Assembly: GCA_027039485.1 (NCBI GenBank)
Contig: JALWDZ010000026.1
Location: 1,093-65,092 of the forward strand
DNA length: 64,000 bases
Direction of reading: 5' to 3'
Origin: Candidatus Shapirobacteria bacterium
GTDB lineage: Bacteria > Patescibacteriota > Microgenomatia > UBA12405 > UBA6130
Within the stretch, counting starts at the first letter, position 1. Every line of letters starts with the position of its first letter. The notes below the pieces were generated by a model, which did no database searches, was not told the origin of the DNA, and worked only from the letters and a program-made list of their open reading frames with translations. A program made the translations under genes and the position numbers. Below are positions 38,308 to 49,411 of the stretch, one piece after another.

Positions 38308-39746
38308 TGGCGGAGATCAATAATAACCCAACTTTTGGTTTGCTTTACTACCCGGCAACGTTTCATTAACTGTCGCGTTAAGCTGTCAAAACTGACCGAG
38401 ACATAATGGGTTGCCCCTCGCTTAATCAGTTTGTCTACCGGCTCAGGCACCGCCGGCCAGCCGGGACGGTTTACTTGGTAGAGGAAAGCAGAATCGTTGT
38501 TATAAGGGGCAATAACTTTGGCATCTTTTGGCAAAAGTTTGTCAGCTGCCTGCCCCGCCTTGACAATAGCCCAATTGTTAATATGCCAATAACCTTGGGT
38601 CTCATACCAGCCAATCGCCAGCATCATCACTAATAAGCTAATTACGATACCGCCATTCCAAAGGAAGCGCCATTTAGTTTTTGCCTGGCGCCACCAGTAC
38701 CAGGCCCCCTGGCTGGTAAAAATAACTACCAAAGGCACAAAAGGCAATTGGTAATAATCATGGGTCACATTGCCGGTAGCAAAGTAGAAAAGAAAAACCA
38801 AAAGGCCAAAGAGCCAGCTAAAATAAAAAAGCCATTCTTCTCTTTTCTTAGGCGCCAAGAGACCGGTAATAAAAAGGGCTAAGCCGCCCCCACCAAGCAT
38901 AATTTTCGTCAGCCGTTCGTAAAATAGCCAGCGGAAAAATGCCGGCCGGAAACGAATGTGGGTCGAGTTCACCAGCCAATCAGTGCCAAACTGCCCCTCG
39001 GGATAATGGTTAATATGCCAGCGCCAGAGAAGATAGGGCCCCAATGAAACAAGCGCCAAAACTATAATCTGCCAGCGGCGGCGCCAAATTTCTTTCACCG
39101 GCAACAAAAGAAGGAGGCCAACTACAGCTGCTCCAAGAACAATCCCGTAAGGCTTAGTTAAAATCGTCAAAGCCAAAAAGATAGCGCCGGCGAGAAGTTG
39201 CCCCCAAGAGCCGCGCCGCCGCCAATAGCTTAAAAATGCCAGCGCCGTCACCCCGCAAAAGACATGCAAGGGGTCGGGCATAATAACCCGGCCATAATAC
39301 ACATTGTAAGGCATTGTTGCCCAAAGAAAAGCCGCTAAAAGAGCTACTCCCCGCCCCGAATAAAAACTTACCAGCCAATAAAGGCTAAAAACCGTCAGTG
39401 AAGAAAAGAAAATCGAAACCAGCCGGGCCGCGGCCAAATTAACGCCCCAATGACGATAAAGCGGATAAACCAAAATATTATAGAGGGGGAATTCGGCAAA
39501 AAAGTAGCGGTGAACATTTTTTGGGCCATAACTATTAAGGGCCCAGAAAGAGCCAAATTGGGGATAAAAGGGATGAAATCCTTCCTTAATAAAATTACGC
39601 GTTACCGCGGCGGTGTCAGCCTGGCGCCAAGAATGCCAGTCAGCCAACGGCCAGTGAAGATGATAAGTGCGCAAAAGGAAGGCCAAGCTAAAAATGGCAA
39701 TTAGCAGGAGAATATGGCCCCATTTAGCGCTTAGTTTTCTTTTCAT
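38286..39746 (-). CDS. GT-C fold glycosyltransferase (PMT/ArnT-like)
   Basis: WRQADTA, EFPLY, AARLVS, many TM segments. Confidence 0.8.
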   Translation of the reverse strand: MKRKLSAKWGHILLLIAIFSLAFLLRTYHLHWPLADWHSWRQADTAAVTRNFIKEGFHPFYPQFGSFWALNSYGPKNVHRYFFAEFPLYNILVYPLYRHWGVNLAAARLVSIFFSSLTVFSLYWLVSFYSGRGVALLAAFLWATMPYNVYYGRVIMPDPLHVFCGVTALAFLSYWRRRGSWGQLLAGAIFLALTILTKPYGIVLGAAVVGLLLLLPVKEIWRRRWQIIVLALVSLGPYLLWRWHINHYPEGQFGTDWLVNSTHIRFRPAFFRWLFYERLTKIMLGGGGLALFITGLLAPKKREEWLFYFSWLFGLLVFLFYFATGNVTHDYYQLPFVPLVVIFTSQGAWYWWRQAKTKWRFLWNGGIVISLLVMMLAIGWYETQGYWHINNWAIVKAGQAADKLLPKDAKVIAPYNNDSAFLYQVNRPGWPAVPEPVDKLIKRGATHYVSVSFDSLTRQLMKRCRVVKQTKSWVIIDLRQCQKGKS

Positions 39747-41163
39747 AGCCCTGACTTAGTTTATACCCTAAGCCCATTAACAGCCAAAAAGAGAAAGCGT
39801 CCTTTGAAGCCTCGAAAACATCAATAAAAAAGGCATTCGCTAAAAACCCCAATAAGCTGCCAATAAAACCGGCCAGAAAAATTTTCGTTCGGCGGTCGCT
39901 TTCCCGCCAAGCCTGCCAAAAACTATTTAAAAGATGTCCCGGAATGAGGAGAAAAGCTAGAAAACCCACTAAACCAGTCTCGCCCAAGAGGCGGAGATAA
40001 TCACAGTCAGTCGCTAGCCCCAATGATGAATAGCCTAGTCCCCAGAGAGGATTTTTTGCCCAAGCCCGCCAAGCCCGGGGCCATTCGACCCGAAAACGAA
40101 TTAATGACGACCGAGCAGTCGCCGCTTTTAGTTCTTCCGGCTTAGGCCAGGTACGCACCTCCCGGATAATTGTCCGTCTCTGCTGGGCTGACTGGCCCGC
40201 CTCAGAAACTACATTGCCGGTCGCGGGCACTTGGGTTGGCGAAACAACTACCTTTTTAGCAGCTACCGGCGGTTTTTTTGGAGCCCGATGATAGCGGGCC
40301 GACGCCCTTTGCCAAAAAGCCACCACCGGCGAAACTGTAGAAACCAGGCGGGTGTTTAGCTCCCGCGAGTGCAACCCAAAGCCCAAACTAAAAGCCAGTA
40401 AAAGAAGCCAAAGAAGCCAACGACGCTGGATAACTAGGGTAATCGTCATCGCCAATAGATAAGCAACAAAAGAAATGCGCGAAGCAGTCCAAACCAAAAG
40501 CTGAAAACCGGCCAAAAAGATAAAAATTGCCACCAATCGCCAAAACCATTTTTCCGTCAATGCCAGAGCTAAAACCAAAGGCAAAACCAAAACTAGCCAG
40601 GCGGCTAAATCATAATGGCCGGCAAAAGTTGAACTGATGCGGACCCATTTATCAAGATGCAAAATAAGGCCACTGGAAAATTCAGCATTCATAGTCGAAA
40701 CCACCGGCAAACCAAAATATTTCTGGCCAATGCCATAAGCAAAAACCAAAAAAACTACCAATAAAAGAACTCGCAAAAAGCGCTCGATGCTCCTCTTATC
40801 TTCTCCGGCATCCAAAGCCAAAAAGAAAACTGCCATGTATTCTATCCGCCGCAGCCAATGCAAAAAAGCCAGATGGATGTTAATAAAATCGGTAATCCAA
40901 AAAGCGCTAAGATTAGCCAGAAAACCGGCTAACCAGAAAAGAAAAAAATATTTCCGCAGCGGCTGTCCCAATTTCCACCGGCGCCGGGCAATAATTTCCA
41001 ATAACCAAAATCCCAAAACGCCGGCAACCAACAAGTCCATCACCCGAATGGCAACATAAGTGTGCTTTACCCCCAGCAAAGGAAACTTAGGATAAAGAGG
41101 GACAGCAAAAAGCAAAACTAAAAAACCAATGCGCGCCCAGCGTGACCCTTTTAAAATTTTCAT
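39724..41163 (-). CDS. O-antigen ligase/Wzy_C-like membrane protein
   Basis: RISSTF, TASR, R..WP.A..AW.KNPLWGLG, YLRLLGETGLVG. Confidence 0.8.
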   Translation of the reverse strand: MKILKGSRWARIGFLVLLFAVPLYPKFPLLGVKHTYVAIRVMDLLVAGVLGFWLLEIIARRRWKLGQPLRKYFFLFWLAGFLANLSAFWITDFINIHLAFLHWLRRIEYMAVFFLALDAGEDKRSIERFLRVLLLVVFLVFAYGIGQKYFGLPVVSTMNAEFSSGLILHLDKWVRISSTFAGHYDLAAWLVLVLPLVLALALTEKWFWRLVAIFIFLAGFQLLVWTASRISFVAYLLAMTITLVIQRRWLLWLLLLAFSLGFGLHSRELNTRLVSTVSPVVAFWQRASARYHRAPKKPPVAAKKVVVSPTQVPATGNVVSEAGQSAQQRRTIIREVRTWPKPEELKAATARSSLIRFRVEWPRAWRAWAKNPLWGLGYSSLGLATDCDYLRLLGETGLVGFLAFLLIPGHLLNSFWQAWRESDRRTKIFLAGFIGSLLGFLANAFFIDVFEASKDAFSFWLLMGLGYKLSQGYEKKTKR

Positions 41164-42134
41164 TCTTTTAAAGCTATTCGCAAAGCCTCTCCATAAGTTT
41201 CCTTTAAATAATTATTGCCGGTTATTTTCCCTATTATCCACGCCAACAAAGCCTTAGTAAATAAAAAGAGGCGGAGCAACCATTGTTGCCAAAAGCTAAA
41301 ATGGCGGCGGTAAAAATAAAGAAGCCCTCGATAAATATGCAAAATCCTCGTTTTTCTGCCCTCGGGAGAGCTAGCGCCGCCCAGATGCACTACCTTAGCA
41401 TCCCGATAAAAACCAATCCGAAACCCTAAGCGGCGGAGCCGGTAGCACCACTCGACTTCGTCCATATACATAAAAATACCCTCGTCAAAACCTCCGGAAC
41501 GGCGGAAGACTTCCCCACGCAAAAGCATAAAAGCTCCCATCACCCAGTCCGCCGGCCCAGTTTCTGACGGCGCTTTCATCGCCGCCGCCCCCCAACGGTC
41601 CAAGAAAAGCATCTGAAAAACACGGGGCAAGGTGGGGAAGACACCCACCGACGGCTGAGGGCTTAAATCCTTATTTAAAAGGCGGCAACCGATAAGATCG
41701 TATTCCGGATGGCTAGCCAGCCAAAGCAGGCTCTGGCTAATTGCCCCTTCAACCATAACAGTATCGGAATTAAGAAGGAGCAAGTATTCACCGCGGGCCA
41801 TGCGCATGCCCTGATTATTCCCCGCCCCAAAGCCAACATTTTTCTTATTTAAAACCACCCGCAGTCGCAACCGTTGTAACAATCCTTTTTTCTTTCGCCG
41901 GTTAAAATGCTGCAAATATTCTGCCGATCCATCCTGGGAATTATTATCAATAACGATTATCTCGGCAGGGATTATTTCTTCTTCTTGCTGCCGCCGGGCT
42001 AATTCGGCTGGAGAGAAAACTAGACGGCGGTCGTAACGGGCGATCGAAACCAACAACTGCTCTAAAAGTTTCTGGGTATTAAAATTAAGAATAATAATAG
42101 ATAAAACTGGCAGAAATTGGTTATTTTTAGGCAT
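41160..42134 (-). CDS. Glycosyltransferase family 2
   Basis: VIDNNSQDGS, NVGFGAGNN, LLNSDT, FMYMDEVEWC. Confidence 0.9.
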   Translation of the reverse strand: MPKNNQFLPVLSIIILNFNTQKLLEQLLVSIARYDRRLVFSPAELARRQQEEEIIPAEIIVIDNNSQDGSAEYLQHFNRRKKKGLLQRLRLRVVLNKKNVGFGAGNNQGMRMARGEYLLLLNSDTVMVEGAISQSLLWLASHPEYDLIGCRLLNKDLSPQPSVGVFPTLPRVFQMLFLDRWGAAAMKAPSETGPADWVMGAFMLLRGEVFRRSGGFDEGIFMYMDEVEWCYRLRRLGFRIGFYRDAKVVHLGGASSPEGRKTRILHIYRGLLYFYRRHFSFWQQWLLRLFLFTKALLAWIIGKITGNNYLKETYGEALRIALKE

Positions 42135-42723
42135 CCACCTGTCCTTTGGTTAAACGATAACTCCAAAGCATTTCTTGCCAAGCTAATTTAACCAAAAAAT
42201 AGGCCATTATCCAGCCAGCCCAAAAGAGTACCAAGCGGGCCCAAACCGGAGCCACCCACCAACGAAAACTAACTTTAGCACGCCAAACTTTACCGCCAGC
42301 AATAATTTTATTTTTCACCCGTTTACTCGGCGGGGTAAAAACATCCCGTTGCCAATCAAAACCGTTAACGAAAAGAGATTCCCTAAATGGATGAACAAAT
42401 TCTTCTAAATAATAACTTCTTTTAGTATCCTGCCAAATTTTTCTAGCGTCTTCTGGCGGATGATTCAGCATGTATTGGGGAAAAGGCAAACAAATGTTCA
42501 AAAAATGTGAACAGCGAAAAGCATGCTTACTAAAATTATGAACATCTTGGCGGTTTTTGTCGGTAAAATAGGCACTTACGCGCTGCAACTGCACCGTGTC
42601 GCCAGGCTCATTAGATTTTAAGCTTTGCGGTAGGGCCGGCGGCGGCAGAGTTGGCCCTGGCAAAAGGAGATAAATAGTTATAAATAATCCCACTAGCCAA
42701 TATAATTTGCCAAGCCATTTCAT
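42127..42723 (-). CDS. Hypothetical protein with two terminal TM helices
   Basis: Coupled on both sides in the operon; EPGDT and NHPPE motifs of unknown family. Confidence 0.7.
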   Translation of the reverse strand: MKWLGKLYWLVGLFITIYLLLPGPTLPPPALPQSLKSNEPGDTVQLQRVSAYFTDKNRQDVHNFSKHAFRCSHFLNICLPFPQYMLNHPPEDARKIWQDTKRSYYLEEFVHPFRESLFVNGFDWQRDVFTPPSKRVKNKIIAGGKVWRAKVSFRWWVAPVWARLVLFWAGWIMAYFLVKLAWQEMLWSYRLTKGQVDA

Positions 42724-43364
42724 TGAAAAAGACGGCTGCGCCCTAAAGAATAATGCAACTTTTTTACTTTTCGCTGGCCGATGACTTTGGCCGGCACTCC
42801 GCCTACAATTGCCAGTGGAGGCACATCTTTAGTCACTACTGCCCCAGCGGCCACGACTGCGCCGCGGCCAATCTTAACCCCGGGGAGAATAATTGCCCGC
42901 GGCCCAATAAAAACATAATCGCCAATCTCCACTTTCTCTTCAATTGCTCGCATGTCCTCGCTGTGAACATCGTGCTCCGAGTTATAAATCATCACCTCAG
43001 AAGCAATATCCACATGATCACCAATAAGCAACGGCGCCCGGCCATCCAAAAAAGCCCGGTAGCCAACGATGGTATCCTGGCCTATTCTTACCCCTCCGGG
43101 ATAAAAAAAGCGGCAGCCACAATGAATTTTGCTTTTTGGGCCAATTTTTACCCCGGAAATTACAAAGAAAAACCGGCGCACTGCCCAAAGCGGACAATTA
43201 GTTACCCAGTTCAAAATCATCAGCCAAAAATCCAAAAGCCAGCTCTGCACCCTTTTAATCGCCTTTTCCTCAGCTTGCCGGAAATCTAATTGTCTTCCCA
43301 TCCGGTCGAGAAGAATAATCTTTGGAGGAAAAAAGGAAATATCAATATTGCTGCCAATTTTCAT
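42720..43364 (-). CDS. Hexapeptide-repeat O-acyltransferase
   Basis: [42 protein letters not shown]. Confidence 0.92.
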   Translation of the reverse strand: MKIGSNIDISFFPPKIILLDRMGRQLDFRQAEEKAIKRVQSWLLDFWLMILNWVTNCPLWAVRRFFFVISGVKIGPKSKIHCGCRFFYPGGVRIGQDTIVGYRAFLDGRAPLLIGDHVDIASEVMIYNSEHDVHSEDMRAIEEKVEIGDYVFIGPRAIILPGVKIGRGAVVAAGAVVTKDVPPLAIVGGVPAKVIGQRKVKKLHYSLGRSRLFQ

Positions 43365-44509
43365 GATCTGCCGCGGGCAATTTCTAATAACTGGTCAAGA
43401 ATAATTTTACTACACCGCTGCCAGGTAAACAATTTTTGCCGCTGATAACCGGCTTGTATTAACTGGCGGCGCAATTTCGCATCCGTCAATAGCTTTTCCA
43501 ATCCCCAGCTAATCGCCTCAATATCATTGGGGTTCACTAAAAGGCCAGCGTTGCCCACCACTTCCGGCAAAGATCCCCTATCCGACGCCAAAACTGGCAC
43601 CTTAGCCGCCATCGCTTCCAATACTGGAATGCCAAATCCTTCCCAAAAGGAAGGCAGGGCAAATACTTTGGCACCCTTCATCAGCCATCGGGCTTCTTCG
43701 TCGGCAACAAAACCGGTAAAAATTACTTGCTTTTTTAAGCCTAAAGCTTTTACTTTTTGGAAAATATCTTGGTAAAGCCACCCCTTTTTGCCGGCAATAA
43801 CTAGCTGGATATCTTTTCTTGCCAAGCGGCGAAAAGCTTCCAAAAGGCCGCTAATGTTTTTGCTCGGCTTAAGGGTGCCTAAGTAAAGAATATAATCTTC
43901 TTTTATACCGTATTTCTTTTTTACTTTTGCCAAGCCAGAACGCTGCCGCTGCAGCGGCTCGGTCTTCTGCCAGCCAGGATAGGCAACTACTATTTTCTCC
44001 GGCTTAAGATGATAAATCTTCATAATATCTTTTTTGGTAAATTGGGAAATGGCGATGATCTTCCGGGCTCTCTTAACTGACCACCAAGTCCAATATTTTA
44101 ATTGCCAAAAATCTTTTTTGGTAAACTGCTCCGGCCAGCGCAAAAATCCCAGATCCATTATCGAAATGACAAACGGAATTGGCGAAAAACCAGGCCCATA
44201 ATGGGATGGCGAAAAGAGCACCTGGGGGCGAGGCGCGCCAAAATATAAACGCTTAACCAAACCTGTCCAGGTCCAAAAAAAGCGCGGGCCGAAAACTTCA
44301 TAATGCCACCAGCTTGTTGTTCGGGGAAGATCTTTTCGGGGCCGGCCGGCTAAAAAAACGCGCACTCCAATTTTTTCTCCATGCTTTCGGTTATGCTTTT
44401 GAATCTCCCGCCAAATCCCCCACAAAACTTCAAAAGCAAAGCGGTTGCTCCCCACCCGTTTAGCTACATTTGCCTCATTGCCATCAATAGCAATAACCAA
44501 ATCAGCCAT
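43361..44509 (-). CDS. Glycosyltransferase family 4
   Basis: [19 protein letters not shown]. Confidence 0.9.
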   Translation of the reverse strand: MADLVIAIDGNEANVAKRVGSNRFAFEVLWGIWREIQKHNRKHGEKIGVRVFLAGRPRKDLPRTTSWWHYEVFGPRFFWTWTGLVKRLYFGAPRPQVLFSPSHYGPGFSPIPFVISIMDLGFLRWPEQFTKKDFWQLKYWTWWSVKRARKIIAISQFTKKDIMKIYHLKPEKIVVAYPGWQKTEPLQRQRSGLAKVKKKYGIKEDYILYLGTLKPSKNISGLLEAFRRLARKDIQLVIAGKKGWLYQDIFQKVKALGLKKQVIFTGFVADEEARWLMKGAKVFALPSFWEGFGIPVLEAMAAKVPVLASDRGSLPEVVGNAGLLVNPNDIEAISWGLEKLLTDAKLRRQLIQAGYQRQKLFTWQRCSKIILDQLLEIARGRS

Positions 44510-45611
44510 TGACTGCTTCCTGGTAAACAGCTAAAGTTTCCCGGGCAGTTTTAGCCCAACTGAATTGCTTCACCCGCTGCCGACCGGCCGCTACCAGCCG
44601 CTTCCTTAACTTTGCGTCCTCCAGAATTTGTTCCATTGCCTTACTAATCTGCTCGGCAGAATAGGGATCAACTAGCAACGCGGCTCGGCCAGCTATTTCC
44701 GCCATGCTGGAAAGGCTGCTAGTAATAACTGGCACCCCAAGGGCAAAAGCCTCTAAAATTGGCAGTCCGAAGCCTTCATAAAGCGAGGGGTAAATTAGTG
44801 CCCGGGCAGCAGAAAAAAGAGTGAGCATTGCCTGCCGCGGCAAGAACCCGGTTAGAACAACTCCCGGCGGCAATTTTTGCTCTGGAGCATAGTTACCCAC
44901 GATAACTAACTGTGCCTTTTCCCTTAAATTATGATTTCCGGCAAATGCCTCCATCAGCCGCGCAATGTTTTTTCGTGGCGCCATTGAGCCATAGGCTAAA
45001 AAATAAGGCCTACTAAGGCGATATTTTTTTTGCCACTGCTTTTGTTCCCCCTCTTTCACTTTGAATGTTGCCGCATCCCGGGGCACCCCTTCATAAACAA
45101 CCCTTAGGCGCTCCTCTTCTATTCTTAATAATTTTTTTATTTCTTCCTTGGTAGCTCGAGAAACGGCAATGACCATCGCTGCCTCCTGTTTTACCCAACG
45201 AAGGCGCCTTTTTTGGACAGCCAAAATTTTTGCCGGCACCGTTTCCGGCCAACGGAGAAAAGAAAGGTCGTGAATTGTGGTCACCACTCTGGCTTTTTTA
45301 CTCGGCGGCTGGGTCCAGTCCGAAGCGTGAAAAATATCGACCCGGCCCGCTAGCCACTCTAACGGCACAATATGAGCTCGGTTCCACAAAAATTCCAAAG
45401 CGCTGGTTGGCAACAGCCATTTCCGCAAGCCGGCTCCAGAAGTTCGAATATCAGTTTCTAATTGGCGGTCGAGATGTTGGCGCAGGGACGCAAAGAAAAA
45501 AACATACTGATTTTCCCTATCTATCCGTAAAAGTTCCTGCACTAAATTTCTGGTGTAAATGCTTACCCCACCGGGGTAAACTGTTTGGGAAATATCAATC
45601 CCGATTCTCAC
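44502..45611 (-). CDS. Glycosyltransferase family 4
   Basis: GVSIY, TIHDL, PRKN, EGFGLPILEA. Confidence 0.9.
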   Translation of the reverse strand: MRIGIDISQTVYPGGVSIYTRNLVQELLRIDRENQYVFFFASLRQHLDRQLETDIRTSGAGLRKWLLPTSALEFLWNRAHIVPLEWLAGRVDIFHASDWTQPPSKKARVVTTIHDLSFLRWPETVPAKILAVQKRRLRWVKQEAAMVIAVSRATKEEIKKLLRIEEERLRVVYEGVPRDAATFKVKEGEQKQWQKKYRLSRPYFLAYGSMAPRKNIARLMEAFAGNHNLREKAQLVIVGNYAPEQKLPPGVVLTGFLPRQAMLTLFSAARALIYPSLYEGFGLPILEAFALGVPVITSSLSSMAEIAGRAALLVDPYSAEQISKAMEQILEDAKLRKRLVAAGRQRVKQFSWAKTARETLAVYQEAVNG

Positions 45612-45835
45612 TTTCTTTTCTTACTTTTTTCCGCCGTTGGTAACCATGGAAGCAAAACTCCATTCTCATCTCTAGCGTTTTCTTCCCACCACCGTCGGGC
45701 CTTTTGCATGGCTTCTGGAGAAATAGAGGGCCACCTTATAGAGTTGCCCCTCGCAGGTCCGTGCCATGTCACCTTTGCTCTTTTACTATCATAATTAGGG
45801 TCCCACCTTTCTTGTTCTACTCCTCTTTTTCCCAT
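45608..45835 (-). CDS. Small hypothetical protein (75 aa)
   Basis: Fills the operon gap, overlapping both neighbours (ATGA coupling at 45608-45611). Confidence 0.55.
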   Translation of the reverse strand: MGKRGVEQERWDPNYDSKRAKVTWHGPARGNSIRWPSISPEAMQKARRWWEENARDENGVLLPWLPTAEKSKKRK

Positions 45836-47223
45836 TTTTCTCCTCCTACCCGGCGAAAACTAACACCTTGCCTTATTTTATACCCTCGCCGCCTTAATTG
45901 CCAGCGAATTTTGTCCCCGGGGTCAAAGATAGGCAAGCCGTAACTCACCAAAAATACTGTTTTCTTAAGCGGGCATTTGTCCAAATCGTTGGCGGTCGTT
46001 AGATAACAAACCGGCCGCTGGCCTCGAAGATAATAATCCAATGGCTTGCTTATTTGGCTTAAAACTAAAATTGGGGCTTGGTTTTGGCTTTCTTGGATTA
46101 ACCAACTGGCTAAATGGCGCCAATTTTCGCGGTGAAAACGGGAGTTGAATAAGTAAACTCCACTAAAAGCTGCCTCCAAAAAAAGAAAAATTGCCAAAAA
46201 GAGATTGCCCCATTTTGCCATCGTTTTCCCCTCCATGATTAAGAACACATACCAAAACGGCAAAACATAGAGAAAACGGAAGTAACTAAAAACAGCAATC
46301 CAATGGCTTAAAAGAAAACCTAACATCGGCGGAAAAAAGACCAAGAAAGCGATAAATTTTTCTTCAAGACTTACCCTTTTCGCTTGCCAGCGGCGCAAAA
46401 AAATTAAACTGGGCAAAAGCCAACCCAAAAGAAGCAGCACCAGGCTTGTCAGGCCGTAAAACCAGCGTGGTCGAAGACTAATCCGCCCCAAAGCAAATTT
46501 CACCGGCAAGAGCAGAGCAGCCTTGAAGCTAAAAGAACCCACCGTTTGCCGCCAAACCGGAAACTGTTGCTGCCAACCTAAGCCGGTCACCAACTGCCGC
46601 CAAAGCAAAGGGCTATACAAGAAATAAGCGATTAGCAAAACTGCCGCCAGGAATATTTGCTGATGCCAAGGAATGCGCCGCCGCCAGCAAAACCAGGCCA
46701 GCACTGGCAATAAAAAAAGGGTTAAAAAATGACTAAAGGCCATCGCTAATAAAGCCAACGCTAACCCAAGCACATTTTTCCCGGTTCTTTTTCTATCTAA
46801 AACCAACAGCCGCCAGATAACCAATTCGCCAGCCAAGAGAGCCAACATGTACATGCGGTTCTCTTGGGAATAATAAACATGCAATGGGGCCAAAACTAAA
46901 AACAGCATTAGCAGCCGCCGCCATGACCGCGGCCACTTCAAGGCGGCGGCAATTTTTCCCAAAACCCAAATCGAGATCAGGCCAAAAATCAGTGATGGCA
47001 GGCGCACCACCCACTCTTTAGAACCAAAAAGGCGGACCCAGCCCCAACTAATAAGATGGTAGAGAGGCGGATTAAAATCGCCCGGCATATAGTGCCAAAG
47101 CAAGCCCCAAAGGCTAAAATGCTGGCTAGCCCAGACTTGCACCGCCTCGTCAAGCCAAAGCGATTGGTTGATGGCAATCAGGCGAACTAGCAAAGCCAAT
47201 AAAAGAATTATTCCTTCTATCAT
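45817..47223 (-). CDS. GT-C fold glycosyltransferase (PMT-like)
   Basis: SLWLDEA, DFNPPLY, RLPSL, YYSQENRMY. Confidence 0.85.
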   Translation of the reverse strand: MIEGIILLLALLVRLIAINQSLWLDEAVQVWASQHFSLWGLLWHYMPGDFNPPLYHLISWGWVRLFGSKEWVVRLPSLIFGLISIWVLGKIAAALKWPRSWRRLLMLFLVLAPLHVYYSQENRMYMLALLAGELVIWRLLVLDRKRTGKNVLGLALALLAMAFSHFLTLFLLPVLAWFCWRRRIPWHQQIFLAAVLLIAYFLYSPLLWRQLVTGLGWQQQFPVWRQTVGSFSFKAALLLPVKFALGRISLRPRWFYGLTSLVLLLLGWLLPSLIFLRRWQAKRVSLEEKFIAFLVFFPPMLGFLLSHWIAVFSYFRFLYVLPFWYVFLIMEGKTMAKWGNLFLAIFLFLEAAFSGVYLFNSRFHRENWRHLASWLIQESQNQAPILVLSQISKPLDYYLRGQRPVCYLTTANDLDKCPLKKTVFLVSYGLPIFDPGDKIRWQLRRRGYKIRQGVSFRRVGGEKWEKEE

Positions 47224-48350
47224 TGCCCTAAAAGTTTTAACCACCAATTTGCTGGCGGTTGCCTTTGGCTAAGAAACCGATAACTCTTTTCGCCTTCTTC
47301 TCGAAGCCAGCGTGGCTGGTTTAGTCGCTTCATCAATGTTGCCACCAAACCGTTCAAAGAATGAACTCGCTCGCCCCCGCCCAGCTCCATCACTTCCCGC
47401 AGAACCGGCAAATCGTTAACAATAATCGGTTTCTTACGAGCCCAAGCTTCCATCACTACCAAACTCAATGATTCTGCCCGCGACGGATTGACCAAAACCC
47501 AAGCCCGGTCTAGAAGCTCTACTTTCTTTTTAGCTGACACCGGCCCTAAAATTTGCACATCCCGGCGAATTTTTACCGGTAAATGGCGATAAATTTCATC
47601 TATGACCGGCGAGTAGAGTGTCCGCGGCCCGGCAATCACCAACTTAGCTTCTCTGGCATTTTGAGACTGGCCTTTTTCTTTTAGCTGGCGAAAGGCTTCT
47701 AGTAACCAGTCTATTTGCTTGTGGGCTGCCTGACTTCCCAAAAACAAAATTAGCGGTGGCGAGGTAAACTTGGCCTTTTGTTTTTTGGTAAGCATAATTT
47801 CCCGGGCCAAATTGGCCGTCAAGACCATGATTTTCGCTTTACCAACACCAAGCCTCTGATACTGCTTCTTCTCATAATTGCTAAGGGCAACAATTTTATC
47901 TGCCTTCTGTAAGAGCCAACGGAAGCGTTTCTTCTGAAACCCGGCCTCTTGGCTGTGCCAACAGGGCACCAAGACAAAGCGGCTGCCCCATAAACGGGCC
48001 AAAAACCAGCCATAAAACGGGGCTAAAGTGGGGAAGGGTCCGCTAATCACTACCGCAAAATGCTGGCGCGGCCACCACTTAAGCCAAAGAAAAACCGGCC
48101 CCACCAACCGCCGCAAAATTGGCCGCCCCCAGCGCCAAGTCCAAAACCGGCGCACTTTTATTCCCCGAAAATAAGTATCGCGATAGCGCGGTTTCCACGG
48201 CTGCAAAAATTCATCGCTAGAACGGGCATCACTGGCCCAAATTTCCACCTGATGGCCTTGTTGTTTCAACTGCTGCGCCAGCCAAGACAAAAGGAACGAA
48301 CCGCCATCGCCTTGGGGGCGAAAAACATGGCTGAAGACCAAAATTTTCAT
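47220..48350 (-). CDS. Glycosyltransferase family 4
   Basis: MKILVFSH, PSRAESLSLVVMEAW. Confidence 0.85.
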   Translation of the reverse strand: MKILVFSHVFRPQGDGGSFLLSWLAQQLKQQGHQVEIWASDARSSDEFLQPWKPRYRDTYFRGIKVRRFWTWRWGRPILRRLVGPVFLWLKWWPRQHFAVVISGPFPTLAPFYGWFLARLWGSRFVLVPCWHSQEAGFQKKRFRWLLQKADKIVALSNYEKKQYQRLGVGKAKIMVLTANLAREIMLTKKQKAKFTSPPLILFLGSQAAHKQIDWLLEAFRQLKEKGQSQNAREAKLVIAGPRTLYSPVIDEIYRHLPVKIRRDVQILGPVSAKKKVELLDRAWVLVNPSRAESLSLVVMEAWARKKPIIVNDLPVLREVMELGGGERVHSLNGLVATLMKRLNQPRWLREEGEKSYRFLSQRQPPANWWLKLLGQ

Positions 48351-49411
48351 TGCAAATGGCGCAATTGGGTCTGAAAAAATTGCTTGATTAAGCCATAATC
48401 GCCCCGGCGGGGCTGTAAAATCCAACTGCCATAATAAGGGTCTATTCCCGTCTCTAAAATCGCAGCATCGCCTTGCCAAAGCAGCTCTTGGCGCAATGGC
48501 TGTTGTTTAATTGCCCGTCGCAGCCAGCGCCATTGGGCAATAGTTGCTAAAGTAACCCGCGGGCGAATGAGGATATTTTTTTGCACGAAATTATACATTT
48601 GTCCCAAGAAATAGGGTATTTGCCACCAAGGGCGGGCTTTAATAATTGTTTTCTCCAACGCCAAAAGAACTTCCTGCTGCCGCCTTTCCCGCGCCAAATC
48701 ATTGCCTTCTTGGGGATTACTGCTTTTACGGGAACGCATATATTCCAAAGCTCGCTGGCCGCTAAAATGGTGCCAACCCTTTTGGAAACTTACCGTCCGG
48801 ACACCATGGCTGCCATCATCGCGGGGAAAATGGCTATCCCGAAAGCTCCTTTCCACATAAATATCTATTCCCCCCAAAAAATCAATCAAATCGCGCACAT
48901 TAGCCATCGTTAACAGGGCAACTTGGTCGATCTTCTGACCGGTTAGCCGCTCCACTGTCGTTTTCAACAAGCCAAAGGGATGTTGGGGATCGCGCCGGCG
49001 GCCATAATAATAAAGGGCGTTTATTTTTGTCCGCTGGTCCTCCAGCCATAAATCGCGGGGAAGAGAAAAAAGCAAGCTTTTACCCGTCTTGGTATTAACG
49101 GTGACCAAAAGAATGGTATCGGTCAAAAGGGTCGGGTTATCGGGCCGCTGGTCAAGGCCTAGCAACAAAAACGAATGGTATTGGTTTCTGTCAGGATGCT
49201 GCCAGCCCCATTTTAAATCATGATAGAGCGCCGCCGGCTTTAGATGTGCTCCCCGGGCAAACTGCCAACCGGCCCAAAAGGAAAGGAAAACAGCAAAAAA
49301 AATAACTACCCCAACAACCAATAAACTAAAAATGGCCAACTTTTTAGCAATTTGAACCAGAAAAGGGATTACTTTTTGGCCAACCATGATAAGGGTTTTC
49401 TTGTTCGCCAT
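48347..49411 (-). CDS. LytR-CpsA-Psr (LCP) family glycopolymer ligase
   Basis: LLLGLD, TDTIL, SLPRDLW, KINALY, YMRSR, D..R..RQQ; start 49411 or 49387. Confidence 0.9.
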   Translation of the reverse strand: MANKKTLIMVGQKVIPFLVQIAKKLAIFSLLVVGVVIFFAVFLSFWAGWQFARGAHLKPAALYHDLKWGWQHPDRNQYHSFLLLGLDQRPDNPTLLTDTILLVTVNTKTGKSLLFSLPRDLWLEDQRTKINALYYYGRRRDPQHPFGLLKTTVERLTGQKIDQVALLTMANVRDLIDFLGGIDIYVERSFRDSHFPRDDGSHGVRTVSFQKGWHHFSGQRALEYMRSRKSSNPQEGNDLARERRQQEVLLALEKTIIKARPWWQIPYFLGQMYNFVQKNILIRPRVTLATIAQWRWLRRAIKQQPLRQELLWQGDAAILETGIDPYYGSWILQPRRGDYGLIKQFFQTQLRHLQ

